From contig JBKBOT010000028.1 in assembly GCA_046293555.1 (NCBI GenBank), forward strand, positions 1-21,001: a stretch of 21,001 nt of DNA. Reading direction: 5' to 3'. The DNA comes from Pyrobaculum sp. (GTDB lineage Archaea > Thermoproteota > Thermoprotei > Thermoproteales > Thermoproteaceae). The notes beneath the pieces are model-generated. The model saw only the letters and a program-made list of their open reading frames with translations, was not told the origin of the DNA and did not search any database. Each line of letters opens with the position of its first letter. Position 1 is the first letter of the stretch. The position numbers were made by a program, and so were the translations under genes. Below are positions 17,592-21,001 of this stretch, one piece after another.

Positions 17592-18679
17592 ACACCTTCG
17601 GGAGGGAGTTTAGAGTAACCACATTTGGCGAGTCACACGGAAGGGCCATAGGGGTGGTGATAGACGGGGTGCCGGCGGGTCTCCCCCTGTCGCCAGAAGA
17701 CATAAAGAGGGAGCTAGAGAGGAGGATGTTTTGCCACATCCCAGTCCTCAACCCCCGATGCGAGCCTGAGGAGTTTGAGATCCTCTCCGGCGTGAAGAAT
17801 GGCTATACGCAAGGGACGCCTATAGCTATAATCATATGGAACAAAAAGGCCCTTTCTAGCTACTACGACGAGTTGTGGCTAAAGCCCAGGCCCGGCCACG
17901 CGGATCTGGCCTACTACCTAAAATACGGCGTCTACTACGACCACAGGGGCGGCGGCAGGGCTTCCGGCAGAACCACGGCGGCTATTGTGGCGGCGGGGGC
18001 TGTGGCCAAGAGGCTATTGGCGCATTTCGGCATAGAGGTGGCTGGCCACATAGTCGAGCTAGGCGGCGTGGGCATAGACGGGGGGTACACCTTTGAGGAG
18101 ATAAAGAAGTGTTGGGAGAGGCCGCTTCCGGTGGTGGACGAGGGGGCCCTCCAGAAGATGTTAGAAAAGATCAGAGAGGCGGTGCTGGAGGGAGATAGCA
18201 TAGGCGGCGGGGTGGAGGTACACGCCGTCGGCGTCCCCCCGGGCCTTGGCGAGCCTCATTTCGGCAAGATAAAGGCGGAGCTAGCCATGGCGGCTCTCTC
18301 CATCCCCAGCGCCGTGGCTTTTGACTGGGGGTGGGGGAGGGCCCTGGCGAGGATGAGAGGCAGCGAGGCTAACGACCCCGTTGTGGTGAGGGGGGGCAGG
18401 CCGGCGTTGGAGACAAATAAAATCGGCGGCTCTCTTGGCGGCATTACGCTTGGGGAGCCGCTTTATTTCCGCGTCTGGTTTAAGCCAACTCCCTCCGTGA
18501 GGAAGCCCCAACGTACGGTAGATCTAGCCAAGATGGAGCCGGCCGTGATAGAGTTTAGGGGGAGGTACGACGTCTCCACTGTGCCTAAAGCTCTTGTGGC
18601 TCTGGAGGCCATCACGGCGGTAGTTCTTGTGGACCACTTGATGCGGGCTGGCGTCGTGAGGAGAGACAAGCCGCTATGA
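17588..18679 (+). CDS. aroC: Chorismate synthase
   Basis: [27 protein letters not shown] and GRYD motifs; ATGA overlap with aroE. Confidence 0.96.
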   Translation: MNTFGREFRVTTFGESHGRAIGVVIDGVPAGLPLSPEDIKRELERRMFCHIPVLNPRCEPEEFEILSGVKNGYTQGTPIAIIIWNKKALSSYYDELWLKPRPGHADLAYYLKYGVYYDHRGGGRASGRTTAAIVAAGAVAKRLLAHFGIEVAGHIVELGGVGIDGGYTFEEIKKCWERPLPVVDEGALQKMLEKIREAVLEGDSIGGGVEVHAVGVPPGLGEPHFGKIKAELAMAALSIPSAVAFDWGWGRALARMRGSEANDPVVVRGGRPALETNKIGGSLGGITLGEPLYFRVWFKPTPSVRKPQRTVDLAKMEPAVIEFRGRYDVSTVPKALVALEAITAVVLVDHLMRAGVVRRDKPL

Positions 18680-19075
18680 GAAATAGTCCACGACGGCCTT
18701 GAGTGCAGGTATGTTAAAAAGTATGTCGCGGAGAGCCACCACGCCGTAAAGCTCCCCTCCCCTTATCACAACTACCCGCCTGATGTTGTTCTCTTTCATC
18801 GCCATAACTACCTCCGCCACGTGGGCCTCCGCGTCTACTGTCGCCACGAGTTTGTTCATCACTTGTGAGGCCGGGGTGTTGGGGTCTACCCCCAACACGT
18901 ATGCTCTAAGCACATCCCTCTCGCCGATAATGCCCAACGGCTTTGTGGGGCTTGTGGGGTTTACCACAACTACAGAACCCACGCCTTTTCTCACCATCAC
19001 CTCCGCCACCTCGTGTAGAGGCGTGTTGGGAAAACAGGTGACTACATCCCTCCTGGCGACACTGGCGACTTTCAC
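18674..19075 (-). CDS. Tandem CBS-domain protein
   Basis: Two CBS repeats (GVGSVVVV...LGIIGERD; NIRRVVVI...YGVVALRD); own TATA at about 19095-19108. Confidence 0.9.
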   Translation of the reverse strand: MKVASVARRDVVTCFPNTPLHEVAEVMVRKGVGSVVVVNPTSPTKPLGIIGERDVLRAYVLGVDPNTPASQVMNKLVATVDAEAHVAEVVMAMKENNIRRVVVIRGGELYGVVALRDILFNIPALKAVVDYFS

Positions 19076-19113
19076 AGATTTGACTAGATGTGAGATATAT
19101 ATTTTTAATGTCG

Positions 19114-20316
19114 CTATTTGCCTATAAGGGCATCACTCCCCCCCCCCAGCGCCTTTTCCCAGTTGATACTAAACTCTACAGGCCTGTCTAGATGTGGCGC
19201 ATGTATCTTCACTCTGTCTGGCTTTAGGTAGAAAATGTAATCTGCCACCGCGGCGAACATTGGGGATATCTTTCTCCATATCTGAGGCGAGTTGTATATA
19301 TAGAATTTTGTAACTGGCCTCTCTAAGGCGGCGTCAAATAGCTTAAGGCCCTCGACTAGACTCTTTGGCGGCACTGTGGTGGCAACTAGCTCGTATTGGT
19401 CGCCAAGAAATATGTCGAAGCCGCCTTGAGAGATGTATTTCGCCGTGGCGTAATGCCATTCCAAGTTTTTGTGGTCTACAGCTGGGTGGTAGCGCCAAGT
19501 CACTTCCGGCAGCCCCGCCGTTCCTAGTCTTTCTGCATATTTTATGGGGGTAAAATGGGCCTTGTGGTAGTGATAGAAGACTTTATGGCCTCTCCTGGCG
19601 AGTTTAGCTGCGATAGATATTGCCACCTTGCTGGCTAGCCCTCCCTCCGGCCCTACTACAACCACGTGGCTTCCTTTAAGTATGCCTCCTCCAAGTGCGT
19701 TATCTATTACTTCAGTGGGTATCAGCTCTGTGGATAGCACTTGTGGCTCCCTCCTTGGGGGCACTATTACCGGCCCCTCGTTTGTTATGATATATGGCAG
19801 TACGTAGTTCGGAATATGCCGCCCCCTTGTTTTAACCAGCTTGATGTATCTATGTGAGGCGCCAGACTTATATATCTTGTTGTGTACCTCAATGATGTTA
19901 TCCGCTATGTAGTCTGCCGGCGTGACGTCTAACCCCTCTTTTATCAAGACAACTGGCGTATCTCTAGAGATGCCGTGGTAAAACAACGCGTGGATTAACC
20001 CCCTCTCGTCTTCTCTCGCTATTGTGTTTACCCCATCTATCACTAAAAAATCCGGCTTGACGGAAAGAACTCTGTCTACAATAAGCTGTATTAACGCCTT
20101 GCTGTCACCCACGCTGGCTATGTCGAATATATATGCAGGCGGCTGTATGCCAACACTAGTGAGGTATCTCCTCAGCCTGTCTTCAGTCTCATAGTGGGTA
20201 AACCACGCCGCTTGGGGAAATCTAGACGCCGCCCAAGCCGCCAAGATGGTCTTCCCGCCACCCGGAGGGCCCTTTACCACAGACACGCCCGAGGCTAATA
20301 TCTCTACGATATCCAC
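19114..20316 (-). CDS. KaiC-like (RecA superfamily) double-domain ATPase with a degenerate C-terminal domain
   Basis: Start moved to GTG 20316. GPPGGGKT Walker A, FLVIDG Walker B, DYIADNII and LVKTRG arginine finger. Second domain begins IDNALGGGI..GS and has a broken Walker A (GPEGGLASK). Confidence 0.85.
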   Translation of the reverse strand: MDIVEILASGVSVVKGPPGGGKTILAAWAASRFPQAAWFTHYETEDRLRRYLTSVGIQPPAYIFDIASVGDSKALIQLIVDRVLSVKPDFLVIDGVNTIAREDERGLIHALFYHGISRDTPVVLIKEGLDVTPADYIADNIIEVHNKIYKSGASHRYIKLVKTRGRHIPNYVLPYIITNEGPVIVPPRREPQVLSTELIPTEVIDNALGGGILKGSHVVVVGPEGGLASKVAISIAAKLARRGHKVFYHYHKAHFTPIKYAERLGTAGLPEVTWRYHPAVDHKNLEWHYATAKYISQGGFDIFLGDQYELVATTVPPKSLVEGLKLFDAALERPVTKFYIYNSPQIWRKISPMFAAVADYIFYLKPDRVKIHAPHLDRPVEFSINWEKALGGGSDALIGK

Positions 20317-20348
20317 AAAATTTTGGAAATACATAATAAAAAATTTTG

Positions 20349-20810
20349 TCAACGGTCGTGGGGGGTGGCCAAGACGTGGGGGCTAGCTTTTGCCGCGGCT
20401 CTCTTTACTAGTCTAGACGCCGCGGCTTTAGAGACGCCCATGATTTTAGCCATGGCGCATATGCGCATTTTTGAAAACAGCCTGAGGGCCTCTGCCTCCT
20501 TTTTAGTTAGGAGCACCTTTCTGGCGTCTACCACATGGTAGGGATGTCCCAACCTCTCGAATATTCTTCTTGCCGCAAAGCTGTCGTATGTATACACCCA
20601 GACGTGCCTCCCGTCGAAAGTCACCTTTAACACATATGTAACTTCTAGCAGCCGTCTAATCACGCAGTCTTTAGAACATACAGAGACCTCCCCACTGGCG
20701 GATTTAAAAAGGTGGCAAGTCCTCTCGGCCACTTTCATCCCTATGTAGTAACACCTGTCGTCTAGGGGAAGAGATGTACATGGCCTATGTCTAGAAACCA
20801 AAATTTTCAT
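20349..20810 (-). CDS. Transcription regulator with a C-terminal HTH (HTH_10/Bat-like) and a Cys/His-rich N-terminal domain
   Basis: LTKKEAEAL...MAKIMGVSKAAASRLVKRA HTH pattern; N-terminal HRPC...C...CH...CSKDC; TATA-like TTAAAAAT about 20-27 nt upstream. Confidence 0.7.
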   Translation of the reverse strand: MKILVSRHRPCTSLPLDDRCYYIGMKVAERTCHLFKSASGEVSVCSKDCVIRRLLEVTYVLKVTFDGRHVWVYTYDSFAARRIFERLGHPYHVVDARKVLLTKKEAEALRLFSKMRICAMAKIMGVSKAAASRLVKRAAAKASPHVLATPHDR

Positions 20811-20894
20811 ATATCACCATGCCGTCTATGATTTTTAAGTATTGTGGCAACATTGTTTACACAAAAGTTTTTGGCCAGCGGCGTGGGGGTAGAC

Positions 20895-21001
20895 ATGTCT
20901 GAACTCCTCTGGGCTACGGCGGTGGTGGGTATAGCGACTGCTGCCTATCTAGGCTGGAGGTCAGCCAAGGGGAGAGATCTGTTTGACATATTTTTTGCGG
21001 T
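20895..21001 (+). CDS. N-terminus of a membrane protein, possibly a sodium:solute symporter (runs off the right edge)
   Basis: MSELLWATAVVGIATAAYLGWRSAKGRDLFDIFFA: a TM helix then a basic loop and an FFA segment similar to the SSS N-terminal F(F/Y)xAGR motif. Confidence 0.45.
   Translation, partial: MSELLWATAVVGIATAAYLGWRSAKGRDLFDIFFA

Noticed and set aside
1451-20541. Numerous 60-165 aa antisense or alternate-frame ORFs in the track
   Set aside because: They are shadow ORFs of well-supported genes, S/T/A/P/R-biased with no motifs.
1-21001. CRISPR arrays, tRNA/rRNA genes, transposases or integrases
   Set aside because: By eye I saw no regularly spaced repeats, tRNA T-loop/cloverleaf or recombinase motifs. 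Intron-split tRNAs would need tRNAscan-SE or SPLITS to exclude fully.

Overview
Archaeal chromosomal DNA, most likely Thermoproteales (Pyrobaculum-like). This is inferred from the protein families, the many GTG starts, the ATGA gene overlaps, and TATA boxes about 20-27 nt before start codons (leaderless mRNAs). Left to right: the 3' end of a probable surface protein; about 700 bp of decayed intergenic DNA; a molybdenum hydroxylase operon (coxM-coxS-coxL, form II/aldehyde-oxidoreductase type, plus mocA); and a large aromatic amino-acid cluster (tyrA, aroF, tyrS | split transketolase, aroB, aroA ... aroE, aroC). The cluster is interrupted by a secreted protein I recognise as an AbpA/TasA-like bundling-pilin homologue, and by a GalE-like epimerase, an acryloyl-CoA-reductase-like Zn-ADH, a PhoH-KH ATPase, a Nudix hydrolase and a multiply frameshifted proC pseudogene. 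The window ends with an HTH regulator / KaiC-like ATPase / CBS protein trio and the start of a membrane protein. I saw no rRNA, tRNA, CRISPR array or intact mobile element. Most notable: the orphan pilin-like gene, an out-of-frame start at G-runs in the transketolase gene, a hidden 24-aa membrane peptide, a candidate structured ncRNA, and the KaiC module. Homology calls rest on motif recognition from memory and need database confirmation.
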